IMG/VR virus record: IMGVR_UViG_3300020370_000004
Span: 2,562-66,561 of that record
Origin: a virus
DNA length: 64,000 bases
Reading direction: 5' to 3' (one strand)
The notes under the pieces were generated by a model. It did not search any database. It worked only from the letters and a program-made list of their open reading frames with translations, and was not told where the DNA came from. Within the stretch, counting starts at the first letter, position 1; the number at the start of each line of letters is the position of its first letter. Of the stretch, positions 37,156-48,300 are shown piece after piece. A program made the position numbers and the translations under genes.

Positions 37156-40100
37156 TATGCTAACGCTATCGCTCTAAAGTCTTTTACTCTAGGTATGTAT
37201 GGTTGTCTCCAACTAAGTAGACTGATCTTGATCTGGAATGCATCAAAGTCATCAGTATCCTCAATGGTAAACTCATAGTCAGTGAATGTGGTTAGATCAT
37301 TCTGAGGAACTAACTCACCGCTATCTGGTTTTCCGTCTGTGTTAAAGAACTGGAACTCTAGGTCATCAAGGTTACCTGCAAAACCAACTGGAACCAACTT
37401 GTACATCACTACGATCTTGGATTGATTGAATGTATTAGCAGCAAGCATGACCTTGATACCACTAGCACTCTTCTCTAGTCTTGCCACCTTAGTAATATAG
37501 TTACCCGCACACTCTCCACCAATACCTGTGGTTGGAGTAATATTGTTGTACTGGTTTGCAGTTGTAATAACAGCACACTGTGTTAGATCAATAACAGGAG
37601 ATAAGTGACTTACCTCAGTACCAAGAGTTAATTCCATAGTGAATGACTTAGCACTGCTCATTCTGTTGATCTCATTCAACTGGTTAGCAATAATCTTAGT
37701 GTCTGGGAAGTAGTTCTCCTCAGCAATAGTAATGTCTTGCCATGCAGCATCTTTAGTAAATGATATCTCTGCACTCTCGCCAGCAGGGAAAGGACCACAT
37801 GAGGTTCCACTAGTACCCTTAACTCTACCAGACAAACTGGTCATAGGTTCTACCTGACTCTGTATCTGTGGTGTAAGAACATCCCATGGAACGTTCTGTG
37901 ATACTGTTAAATTAGGACCACCACAGTTAATACTCTTATCAGCAGTCTTATTGGTTATCTTTAAGTTGTAACTATGAGGACTGTTAATTGATAGTAAACC
38001 ACCAGTTGTATTGTTATGAGTAGTATTAATTAATGTAAGAGGTATACCGCAAAGGTTATAACACTCAACTACTGCACCATTAGCATGTGCTTTACCAGTT
38101 GAAGATCCTGAAGAACCTGAATAGTTTCTACCAGTTGAGTTGAAGTTGATGACGTTACCCGCAATACTATCGTATGCAATGATCTCATCACCACTACCAT
38201 CTTCCTGACTTCCTCTGATCCTGATAAATCCAGTATTTGAACTACCAACAGCAGATCCACCAATAGTTGTATGGAACTGAGATGCATCAGCAACAGTCAC
38301 AGAAGTAGCAGTCGTAGTCAAACCTGCACCCACATTAATAGTGGTATCCGCAATTTCTGAGATTGCTCCACTAAGTTCAACATAGTTAAGGTTAGATTGC
38401 TGACCATGGTTACCATGGAATACTCTTATCTCATCACTACCAGATGTTGTCTGGAACGCATTGGTTCTTAGATTTAAGAAACCACCATTAGATTCACCCA
38501 ACTGTGCATTTTCTAGTACAAGTGTACTATTTGCTGCTGTGGTAGGAATTGTGAACTCTGCTCTGTAAATCTTGAACATCAAGTCTTCATACTGTGAAGG
38601 TGTCCATGTTGATGCGTTCTGTGACTTGAATAGAACACCGATATATGGTTGTTCAGATATCTTCTCTCCAGAGTGTGCAGCATCAATAGCATCCTTACCG
38701 AGTAATGATATGAATACCTTATATTGGTTACTATCAGATGTAAGAACCATTGCATGTTCTTGTCTGAATGGTAAGAATACAGGTGATTTGAATGTGAACG
38801 TAGTAGGTTTAGAAGCATCAGCAGATATGAATACATCCTCAGGATCTTTAACTACCTTAGAGAATGGAAGTATATCCTGTGTTGGAGTTCCATTTTCAAC
38901 TGTTCTTACATCCAATGCAACAGGGATCTCTTCATCTTTTTGGAAGAAGAATATATCAATCTTAGTTAAGAATACACCACCCTCAAGAATTGAATCCTCG
39001 ACTAGGAATGTTTGTGCTAGTGGGTCGCACCATCTTGTTTGGGTCTCAGTTGAGGTACTTGCACTAGTTAATGTTCTAGCATCCTTCATATCCTCAGATG
39101 TCACCTTAGCATTTCTGACTGAGATGATTGTCTCCTGAGTTGTCTCTAATAGACCTGATGAACTAAATTCTGCTTCACCACTACTATCTGAGATACCAAC
39201 TACCTTACTATCATTATCAGTATCACTTAATCTGAATAGTTTAGTACCAGTCTTAAATTTGATGTTACCTTCAACATTAGGTTGATCAATAAAGAATGAT
39301 CCTCTCAATTTACCCTTCTTATCAGTAACTAGGTCTTTATTACTAATCTTAGCAATAGCACCAGATGTTTCACCAACAATATAGTCATTAATCTTAGGAG
39401 AACCATAATATGTACCTTTTACTTGATCAGCAAGTGCCTTGGTGTCAATATTAATAAATGCTAGGTTAGACTTATAATCAGAGATAGTAGTAATATCTGC
39501 TCCGTCTAATGGGTTGATATTATATCCTTCATTAGGAGCTGCAACTCTACCTTTAAATCTAAACTTACCATTTCCTTTGGTCACATGGATTGTTTCACCA
39601 ATTTGGAATGGAATACTGTTTGTCTGTGCATCAGTAGATGGATCCTTAACTAATCCCATTATTTTAGGAGTAATTAGTTTCTTAGGAAGTGTGATGCCAT
39701 CAAAGAATGCAAAGAACTTAGTTCTTGGTTTTAACTTCTCACAACTGAACTCAATGTTTCTAGAACGCATAAACTGAATATGCTCAACAGAAACAACTCT
39801 ACTGCCAAGTGATTGCTGTTCAATAACAGGAGTAACTCTGTACCTAATACCACTTCTTGTTTGCTTCGTGGTTGTGGTTGTGGTAGTTGTAATAGTTCTA
39901 TCTCTTCTTCTACGATGCTTACCGCTTCTTCTCCATGAACCAACGTCTGTGGTTACAGAAGTACCTGTCCATGTGGTTTTCCATGCGTTCCAATGAATAG
40001 GAGAGAAACCATTTTGGTCTGCATTATATTCTCTTACTGTTGTCATGAAGTTACCTTCAACAGTAGGTCCTTTAAGAGGACTAAGTGATTTGGTATCTAC

Positions 40101-43100
40101 CCAGTTATCATTCTCAGGATATAAAACAACATCACCAACATATGTAAAGACGTTAAATGGGTTAACGTTCTCCACAGCAGAAGCATATGGTTGATCAATT
40201 AAAACAGCGTCACTATATGGAAGTGTAATAATATCATTTGTTTCCTGTACATTTGCACTACTTGTACCGTATGCTAATGGAACCTGAGTTGTATAGTGAG
40301 CAGGTCTCATTTGACCTTCTTCAAAATCAACAGAGACTCTAAAGTCAGGATGTAATGTGTCAGCAGTAGCAAGACTTGCAAAGTTATCTACGATGAAACC
40401 ATTCTTATATCTGCTAAGACCACTAGCATCTCTGATCTCCATACCTGCAGTCTCACCTTCAAGTAGTGATAACTGTGTATAGTATTCTAATGTTTTAATT
40501 CTATCCTCAAGAACCTGAATGTCCCTGAATGTATATCTCTTAAAGTTAGTCTCTACTATGCTTACATCTGCTTCAACATCAAATACGTATGGTTCATATC
40601 TCAATGTTGCTAGTAACATTGCATCATCAATGTCATCAGGAGGAGCTGGATTGGTAGCAGGTGCACCCTTAACTACCTGAACAACGTTGTCCTTGTTCAT
40701 AAAGACCTTATCAATCCTTCCAAGGTAGTGCTGTAAACTAAGAATAGTAGTATCCCCAACACCAGGAATACCAGTTAAGTTACCAGTAAATGCTCTATTA
40801 TCAAAATCAAGGTACTTAGTAGCATTTAAAGTCCATGGTGAAGCAACAGAACCTGCACCAGTCAATTGTTCAGCAACTATTGGTCTAAAGTCAATAACAT
40901 CTCTAAGATTGTCAGTATCATAATCTGGGATGATCTTATATTCAGATGAAGGATATGAGTCTACTGTATATGGATTAATTCCCGATGTGGTAAGAAAACG
41001 ATCAACTATTACCAATATTCTACGTGTTGGTGCTGTATAACCTGGTTTTCTTACAAGAGTTGAATAATCATAATACTGATCTCTCTGACCATCATCAAGA
41101 TCAAAAGCATCAGTTATATTAGTACCACCTTTGACAAGTCCACCAGTAGTAATCTTTAAAGTAGCATTTGGTGCAGTGATTGTCTCACCATCAGTGAATA
41201 CGTCATCATCTACTGGGATGAAGTATACGATATTACTTGTGGTAGAAATAATTCTTGCTCTAGAACCTGAGGTATCTCCTGAAATAACATCATTTACTTC
41301 TAGAGTACCTAGTAAGTTAGTATATGTAAATTGAGGAAGTTGTGGATCTAGATCGTTTGTGGATTCATATACTGCCTTAATCTTGAATACATCACCAGTA
41401 CCTAGAGAAATACGATCATCATCTACTCTGTATCCATTACCAGTAGTAGCAGTTGTTAGACCATTTGGACTACCAGATACAGTTGTCTTATCCAATTTAA
41501 GGATTTTCATCCTCTCAGTGGTCTTTGCCTTAGCAGATCTATTAGAACTGTATACAGTTACAGTAACATCAATACTACCAGAACCACCACCACATAAACC
41601 ACCTAAAGCAACAGACTGTGTGTTGACTGATGGGTTACCTGTGGTAAAGTCACCTTCTTTTAATATATCACCATCACCTGTACCAGATGTCACACTGACA
41701 ACAAAATCATCACCATCATCTGCGTTCTTAATTAATAAACCTGAACCTACGTCAACTGTAGCAGCACCACCACTTACAGATACACCTGATACAGTCATTC
41801 TGAAATAACCTGCAGGGTTCTGACTATTATTGTTATTTGTATTCTTTAATGCTTCAAATCCTAATGGAGTAAGGAGTTTCTTCTTAGTTGCTTCCTTAAT
41901 CTCTGGTCTAGACCTAATGACACTACCATTAATAGCACCATTTACCATATTACCTGCACCAGCTGTTGCTTTCTGAACTGTAAATACAGATCCACTAGTA
42001 ACACCAGTAACTGTAACCTTATGTGCTATACCACCATTTGAGAATTCAACAAGGTCACCCACCTTTAACTGAGTGTTAAAGTTAGATAATGTTGCTGTAA
42101 CGGTAGCAGTTTGAGATGTACCAGATCCAGATATTCCAGAGATAATAGGACCTGAGCCAGGTAATGCAACTCTAACATCCATAACTGCATCAGCAGTACC
42201 ACCACCAGATGAGAATGCATATGATTTTACATCACTAAAGTTATATGCTCTAACTCCACCAGCTGCAATAGTACCATGAGTAGCACCACCAGAATTATTA
42301 ACCTTCAATACCTCGCCTGGTACAAATGTACCATTAGTCTGATAGAGATAACCAGTAGTACCTGAACCTGATTGACAGAAACCTGTAGCACCTGATGTTG
42401 CACCAAATACCTTTCTACCATTTGTCCAAGTTCCACTACCTGTAAGAGTGATCTTAGTGAATAGTTGTGTATCTGAAAGGTATGTTTTATAAATTGTTTC
42501 CTGATTATTGAATGCACCAGATTCATGATAGAAGTTTAATGCTCTTGCTTTACCAATAACAGTACCTGCAGGAGTACCAGGAGTACTTGGATCTGTAACT
42601 GTATCTCTTAGTTCAATCACCTCATATATGGTAGGTGCTTGATGCTGATTAGTCATAAAGACATAGTTACCAAAGTCAGATGTAAGAGATTGGTTAGTTA
42701 CTGTATCAAAAGTTCTTGGTTTCTCTACATCCTTATATGATGTGGAAAGTCTTTCTGTTCTGTAACCAGAAATATATGCAGATCCACCAGATAATTGAAC
42801 AGCAATATTAGACTCAGATGGAGTATTACCATCATTAGTAGTTACATCTGGTGAAAATACACCGTTATTAAACCCATCATCAAGGTTTTCTCTTGCGTCT
42901 ATACTGAATTTCTTGACATAGTAGTTGCCAGATTCCTCTTTAGTTCTGGTAGCAAGGACATCATTGATGAATCCTAGTGTACTACGTTCTACTTTCTTCT
43001 GTATTTTACCAATATCAGTCCTTAAAAGTTCAATAAAATCAGCAGAGTTAGGATCTGTGGTCTGTTTTTTGATTAAAGTTAGGTTAATTTTAAATCTATC

Positions 43101-43847
43101 GGCACCTGGTGCTGAGAAATTGGTACTACCGATCGCATTATCGTAGAGAGTTGCGTCTTCATCAGCAGTAATAATCCTTTCTTCTACTTTTAGACCAACT
43201 TTATATGATGGTGTGATGCCATACTGGTCTAAAATAAGAGTTTGTTCGTTTACGGGGACAAAATACCCTCTAACATAGTAAGTTCCTGATCCTACACTCG
43301 CTGTAGAACCTCTACTATTAGAATTTGAGTTTAATAATTGTGCAATTGGCGTTCCAGCAGCAATAGTTGTGGAAGCATAAGTGATATCAGTCTCACAAGT
43401 GAAGGTTTCACCTTCTGAGAACGTAGTAGTTGTATTATCAGTCGCTTTTTGGAGGTAATTTACATAGAATGTGATATTATTTCTAGTTGAAGTAGTGGCA
43501 CTAATAGAAAATAGTATACGTGCACGTACACCTGAAGTAGATCCTTTAATAACTAACCCATCAAGAGCAGTTCTGTATAATTCTACGTCAAGATTAAGGT
43601 AAGTATTCTGTATTATGACACAAGGCACATCATTGTTCAGTGTAATCCCACCAGGAACCACCATAGAACCTTCTTTATAGACACCTGTACCAAACGTGTC
43701 AATTTGATTTTGCAGTACACTCTGAAGCGTAGTAAGTTCTCTTGCCTGTACTGGGTAACCAGGCTTGAACAATACTTTTAGGAAGCCCTTACTCTGATCA
43801 AAATCGTCGTAGTAAGGAGCTATATTCAGGTTAGTATTCTGTGCCAT
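37155..43847 (-). CDS. VrlC/DUF4815-like large baseplate-associated structural protein
   Basis: NLNIAPYYDDF..VLFKPGYPVQARELTTLQS, APGADR, RYTFRDI..LEDRI..LEYYTQLSLLE, GFIVDNF, DPLAQTF, GVLFKSQNASTW. Confidence 0.88.
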   Translation of the reverse strand: MAQNTNLNIAPYYDDFDQSKGFLKVLFKPGYPVQARELTTLQSVLQNQIDTFGTGVYKEGSMVVPGGITLNNDVPCVIIQNTYLNLDVELYRTALDGLVIKGSTSGVRARILFSISATTSTRNNITFYVNYLQKATDNTTTTFSEGETFTCETDITYASTTIAAGTPIAQLLNSNSNSRGSTASVGSGTYYVRGYFVPVNEQTLILDQYGITPSYKVGLKVEERIITADEDATLYDNAIGSTNFSAPGADRFKINLTLIKKQTTDPNSADFIELLRTDIGKIQKKVERSTLGFINDVLATRTKEESGNYYVKKFSIDARENLDDGFNNGVFSPDVTTNDGNTPSESNIAVQLSGGSAYISGYRTERLSTSYKDVEKPRTFDTVTNQSLTSDFGNYVFMTNQHQAPTIYEVIELRDTVTDPSTPGTPAGTVIGKARALNFYHESGAFNNQETIYKTYLSDTQLFTKITLTGSGTWTNGRKVFGATSGATGFCQSGSGTTGYLYQTNGTFVPGEVLKVNNSGGATHGTIAAGGVRAYNFSDVKSYAFSSGGGTADAVMDVRVALPGSGPIISGISGSGTSQTATVTATLSNFNTQLKVGDLVEFSNGGIAHKVTVTGVTSGSVFTVQKATAGAGNMVNGAINGSVIRSRPEIKEATKKKLLTPLGFEALKNTNNNNSQNPAGYFRMTVSGVSVSGGAATVDVGSGLLIKNADDGDDFVVSVTSGTGDGDILKEGDFTTGNPSVNTQSVALGGLCGGGSGSIDVTVTVYSSNRSAKAKTTERMKILKLDKTTVSGSPNGLTTATTGNGYRVDDDRISLGTGDVFKIKAVYESTNDLDPQLPQFTYTNLLGTLEVNDVISGDTSGSRARIISTTSNIVYFIPVDDDVFTDGETITAPNATLKITTGGLVKGGTNITDAFDLDDGQRDQYYDYSTLVRKPGYTAPTRRILVIVDRFLTTSGINPYTVDSYPSSEYKIIPDYDTDNLRDVIDFRPIVAEQLTGAGSVASPWTLNATKYLDFDNRAFTGNLTGIPGVGDTTILSLQHYLGRIDKVFMNKDNVVQVVKGAPATNPAPPDDIDDAMLLATLRYEPYVFDVEADVSIVETNFKRYTFRDIQVLEDRIKTLEYYTQLSLLEGETAGMEIRDASGLSRYKNGFIVDNFASLATADTLHPDFRVSVDFEEGQMRPAHYTTQVPLAYGTSSANVQETNDIITLPYSDAVLIDQPYASAVENVNPFNVFTYVGDVVLYPENDNWVDTKSLSPLKGPTVEGNFMTTVREYNADQNGFSPIHWNAWKTTWTGTSVTTDVGSWRRSGKHRRRRDRTITTTTTTTTKQTRSGIRYRVTPVIEQQSLGSRVVSVEHIQFMRSRNIEFSCEKLKPRTKFFAFFDGITLPKKLITPKIMGLVKDPSTDAQTNSIPFQIGETIHVTKGNGKFRFKGRVAAPNEGYNINPLDGADITTISDYKSNLAFINIDTKALADQVKGTYYGSPKINDYIVGETSGAIAKISNKDLVTDKKGKLRGSFFIDQPNVEGNIKFKTGTKLFRLSDTDNDSKVVGISDSSGEAEFSSSGLLETTQETIISVRNAKVTSEDMKDARTLTSASTSTETQTRWCDPLAQTFLVEDSILEGGVFLTKIDIFFFQKDEEIPVALDVRTVENGTPTQDILPFSKVVKDPEDVFISADASKPTTFTFKSPVFLPFRQEHAMVLTSDSNQYKVFISLLGKDAIDAAHSGEKISEQPYIGVLFKSQNASTWTPSQYEDLMFKIYRAEFTIPTTAANSTLVLENAQLGESNGGFLNLRTNAFQTTSGSDEIRVFHGNHGQQSNLNYVELSGAISEIADTTINVGAGLTTTATSVTVADASQFHTTIGGSAVGSSNTGFIRIRGSQEDGSGDEIIAYDSIAGNVINFNSTGRNYSGSSGSSTGKAHANGAVVECYNLCGIPLTLINTTHNNTTGGLLSINSPHSYNLKITNKTADKSINCGGPNLTVSQNVPWDVLTPQIQSQVEPMTSLSGRVKGTSGTSCGPFPAGESAEISFTKDAAWQDITIAEENYFPDTKIIANQLNEINRMSSAKSFTMELTLGTEVSHLSPVIDLTQCAVITTANQYNNITPTTGIGGECAGNYITKVARLEKSASGIKVMLAANTFNQSKIVVMYKLVPVGFAGNLDDLEFQFFNTDGKPDSGELVPQNDLTTFTDYEFTIEDTDDFDAFQIKISLLSWRQPYIPRVKDFRAIALA

Positions 43848-45362
43848 TTAGAATTCAATTACTACTTTTAGCTCTTCGTTTTGATCCGCAGATCTTGTGA
43901 TCGGAATCCTATTATCTATGTACAGCATTTCACCTGAGTTTAGTTCTATTTCTTCGTTGGCATAACCAGTAACGAATGAAAGACCTAACTCATATACAGA
44001 TACACCAATAGTTATCTGTGATAGGGGAACACCTGCAGTACCAAATGTTGCATCAGGAGTTGCAACAAATGATGATATAGTACCTGTAATCTGATTTGAA
44101 CCAGAGAAAGGAATAATATTACCATTTACAGTACCATCAACCGCATCTTGATAATATTTCAAGACCTTAGTTGTGGAATTATATGAAACCACAAAACCTT
44201 TTGCTCCTGTGGTTGCCTGTGTAATAGTCTCACCTGTTTGGAAATCTCCACTAGGCATACCAGTACCAGACTGAGGGAAAATCATTGCTTTAACAGCAGA
44301 TCTTGTATTCTGACTGCAAACAGATGTGGTATTATAATCAAATGGGTTTAGTACAAGACCAACCCTTCTATATGATAAGTCATTAGGGAAGTCAACAAAA
44401 GCACTAGTAGTTTCTAACTTACTAGTGAACATGAGACGATATGAACCTAATTCTCTAACAGCATCTGCACCGTGACCACCTTGAGGAGGTAATACAACGT
44501 CAAGTGCTGCATTAGTACCATTACCGATATTAGTAATGAGTGCAACATCAATAGTTGCAAAACTATATCCAGAACCTGCTTGAGTTACAGTAACTGAAGC
44601 TATAGCACCAGAGACAACAGATACAGTACAAAGTGCCTGTGTACCACCATTAATAGACCAATCCCCACGAATAGGAACATTAGTATATGTACCGTTGTTA
44701 TAACCTGCACCTGCGTTCTCAATAACAACAGTGTCAATCGAACCTGGGTTAGCAGCAGATGTAACTAAGCTATTTGATAATACAGGAACAAATTCTGAAG
44801 TAACAAACTTTAGAATGTTGTCAGCGTCAATAGTATAGAGATATTTCCAACGATAAGAATATACGCCAGGACTATCTGATGTTTCAATGATAGTTGTTGA
44901 TGTACCAGTTGGTTCAACCAATGAAGGTCTACCTCTTGGGTAATCTGGATCTTGACCATTATAAAGACATTTATAGACGTTAAAGTCTGAATTCATAACA
45001 TAGAAGTTACTGTCATACAGTCTAGAAGAACCGTTTGCAGTAGTTTTTGCGGGTGCATAATCTGGTTTGTACATTGAATATGTACGACCAACTCCACCAG
45101 TTGTATTTGCTGGATCAATCCAATCAACTCTAGGAACTACTAATGAAGTATCAGATATATCAACTCGCTTAAAAGCAACGGAATCTTGATATGTAGTCCT
45201 TGCATACTCAAAACTATCAATAGGCTCACCAGCAGGTGGGATGTCAGAAGACCCCCATGTCTTCGCCCTACCGACGAACATGTACACTTTGTTGGAGCTT
45301 TGCAGAGTGTTTCTGAAGCTCTCAGCAGCATATATTCTAAATTTATCAGTAACTAACGCCAT
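43848..45362 (-). CDS. gp8: Baseplate wedge subunit gp8
   Basis: VVPRVDW, FYVMNSDFNVYKCLYN, YRWKYLYTI, GGHGADAVRELG, SGEMLYIDNR.PITRS.DQNEELKVVIEF. Confidence 0.9.
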   Translation of the reverse strand: MALVTDKFRIYAAESFRNTLQSSNKVYMFVGRAKTWGSSDIPPAGEPIDSFEYARTTYQDSVAFKRVDISDTSLVVPRVDWIDPANTTGGVGRTYSMYKPDYAPAKTTANGSSRLYDSNFYVMNSDFNVYKCLYNGQDPDYPRGRPSLVEPTGTSTTIIETSDSPGVYSYRWKYLYTIDADNILKFVTSEFVPVLSNSLVTSAANPGSIDTVVIENAGAGYNNGTYTNVPIRGDWSINGGTQALCTVSVVSGAIASVTVTQAGSGYSFATIDVALITNIGNGTNAALDVVLPPQGGHGADAVRELGSYRLMFTSKLETTSAFVDFPNDLSYRRVGLVLNPFDYNTTSVCSQNTRSAVKAMIFPQSGTGMPSGDFQTGETITQATTGAKGFVVSYNSTTKVLKYYQDAVDGTVNGNIIPFSGSNQITGTISSFVATPDATFGTAGVPLSQITIGVSVYELGLSFVTGYANEEIELNSGEMLYIDNRIPITRSADQNEELKVVIEF

Positions 45363-45382
45363 TACTTATAAGCTTTATTGGT

Positions 45383-45390
45383 TATTTATA
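45383..45390 (-). promoter_or_regulatory. T4 late promoter TATAAATA
   Basis: Exact tatttata overlapping the gp7 stop, about 21 nt upstream of gp8. Confidence 0.8.
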
Positions 45391-48300
45391 ATGATCTCAG
45401 ACGAACTTCTGGAAGGAGACTTACGTTTCCGCTTGTTGTGAGATCATAAGGAATTTCTACTGTAAATGTGGTAGTTCCAGTAACAGTAACTTTGTATGAA
45501 CCATTAATAACATGATCATCTCCGCTTACTGTCATACCACTCGTGAAATTTAAGTACTGATACATGTCAGTAATTAAATTATGAGCCGCAGAAGTCGTTA
45601 CAGTACAGACATTTCCACTTGAACTAAATGTTCCAGTTAATATAGTGTGAGCATGGGCTGTTGTACCCCTATATCCTCTACCACCAGTTGCCACAGTTAA
45701 TGTATTGGCAGATGTATTCTTTGCACCATAGAGAATTCTCTCTGCAGTCCAATGCTGCTTAACCGTATTATAGAACGGAATAATCACTTCTGCTTCATCT
45801 GGGAAACCATATTTCTGAGAAACATCGTACCAGACATTCTGGAGATTTAATGTAGTATCAGCAGCTGTTATAGTACTAGTTAGGAAGGAATTGCCAAGAA
45901 GATTTGAATCTGAGATAATTCTATTTCTTTGCTTCCTTTCTAGATGTAATGGATGAGTTGGTAAGACCGTAGGAACAGTAACGTAACCATTACCACCTTT
46001 TAAGTTCTTAATACCAATAACTTTACCACTACCTTCTTCAATCTCTGTTTCGGCAAATGCACCTCCACCACCGCCACCTTGGAATAATAAGAATGGAGGA
46101 TTTTCATAGTTAGAACCAGGATTGGTTATAGTAACCTGTGTCACTTGTTGACCTGATACAGTTGCAACAAACTCTGCAGGTATTGGTCTTAAACCTACGT
46201 ACTCATAACTGTCAATAGAAGTAGAACTAGAGACTGTAGCAATCAGTCTGTCATTTCCTTCACTCACAACTTGAAGTCTATCACCAGGATCAACAGAGTT
46301 GTATGTCTTGCTGACAAGAACATCTTCTGCAGAACCACTAAAGATAAACGCAGTGCAATCAGAACCTGCTCTTGGTGCTTCACTAAACTCAATAATAGAT
46401 CCTCTCAAGTTATATGCTGTTTGAGGTTCTTGGAATACACCATTGATAAAGATCAATAGGTTATTCGATGCAATAACAGAAGTATTATCAGATTCTAAGG
46501 ATATTGGTTCATTATCTCTCTTCATAGTAAAGTTCTTCTTACTATTATCAAAGAATGGTGTAAGATCATCAATAAGTTCTAATTTACCAAAGTAGAACCC
46601 ATAGAAGTCCATTCCTGATAGAGGTGCTTCATTAAAGGTTAATGTACTTCCAGTATATGTGTATGATTGTGTACTACCCTTAACCTGAAGTGTACTATTC
46701 AAGAAGATGAGGAAGTTATCCTGTGCGGGTAGTACTTGTGTACTACCGCCTACTTGAGCAGTAAATGTTGTATCAGATCCATCGAAGGTTACAGTACCCA
46801 CTTTGATTTGGAAGTCAGGAGAACCCGACGAAGTTCTAGTAATACTATTGAGGTTTCCAGAACCACCAGCTGTAGTACCAACAGCAGTAGTAACAATACC
46901 AAAGAGAGTTGTGATGGTTGAAGCAACGTCTGTACAGTCATTAGTGTCATAAACATTGTTTCCACTATCATTAGTTATGTTCAAATCTTTGATCTGAGAT
47001 CCTTGAGTGGTTGAGTTAGTTGTAACTGTGATATTACGCATAACTTCACGACATATATCTCTAGCAGCATTGAATACCTCTACTGACTGATCTTCTTCAC
47101 CAGTCAAGTGTACAGTTCCAACATAGAAGTTTGCTGCATCATAGGTAGCATCGTTTCCACCAAATTCTACGTTATCAGCAACAGCATCACATATTAACTT
47201 AGTATCACGAATACACTTGACCTTATAAAGATCACCATTGAAACTTGGGTTAGCAGCAAGCATTCTACCATATGCAGTAGTTGCAATAAACTCAAGGTTT
47301 GCACGTATTAATCTACCTGCGTCTGCAAGTTTGTTATATGCATATACACCATGTGTGACAATACCCCTTGTGACACTATTTGCATTAGCAGTCACAAATG
47401 TATGTCTATCACCTGTCTTAACAGCACCAGCATTGGCAGCAATAAATTTATGAGTGTAATTACCACCTGTGATAACTGAGTCTGCTAGGGCAGATGAGTA
47501 AGCATGAGAGTAGGTATTTGTACTCTGTTCAGTAGTAAGAACGTCAACACTAATAGTAGTTGCTGTTGTTGCAGTAACCTTTAATGCAGTGTCAAAGAAT
47601 GGGTCACGTTTCTTCTCAAATGGTGCAATAGTAATAGCATCAGCATCACCAAGAATGAATGTGTGAGTAGTAGTATTAGTTGAAGGTACTGTATTAAGAA
47701 CCTGTACATCAAATGAGTTAAATGTAACATTTGATACAGGAAGGAACTCTTGACTTGCAGGATCCTTTAATGTAATTCCATTTACAGCACCAGTAGTAAA
47801 TGTATGAGGTGCAATATTTGTTGAAGGAATTGTACTCAATACCTTAACAGTAAAGGTGTTAGCAGTCCTTGAATATACTTCTAACCATTTGCCACTAGCA
47901 TAGTCTCCCGATCTTGGATATGCAGTAGCAGCAGTAGATGCTGCAGTACCAACTTGAACTGTAATAGTATTAGCAGTCTCAGCAAGAATTGGTAACACTG
48001 CTTCGTATGCAGGGTCAGTAATTCTTGGATATGTGTGAGTAGTAGCATTACTATCTTCATCACAAGTAAATGTTAGAGAGTTAGCAGCAATTTTAACAGT
48101 ATCACTTGTTGTGTAACTGTGATTGCCTATAGTCAATTCTACCTGACCATTTGTGGGATTATAAACCGCATTAGTTACATCCTTCTGAGTATTGCTGTCT
48201 GTGACCACAGTAACAGCATTAGTAACAGTACCACCAACGTATGTGTGTGGGAATGAACCCGCAGTACAACTGAATGATACAGCACCATCATCAAATTTAA

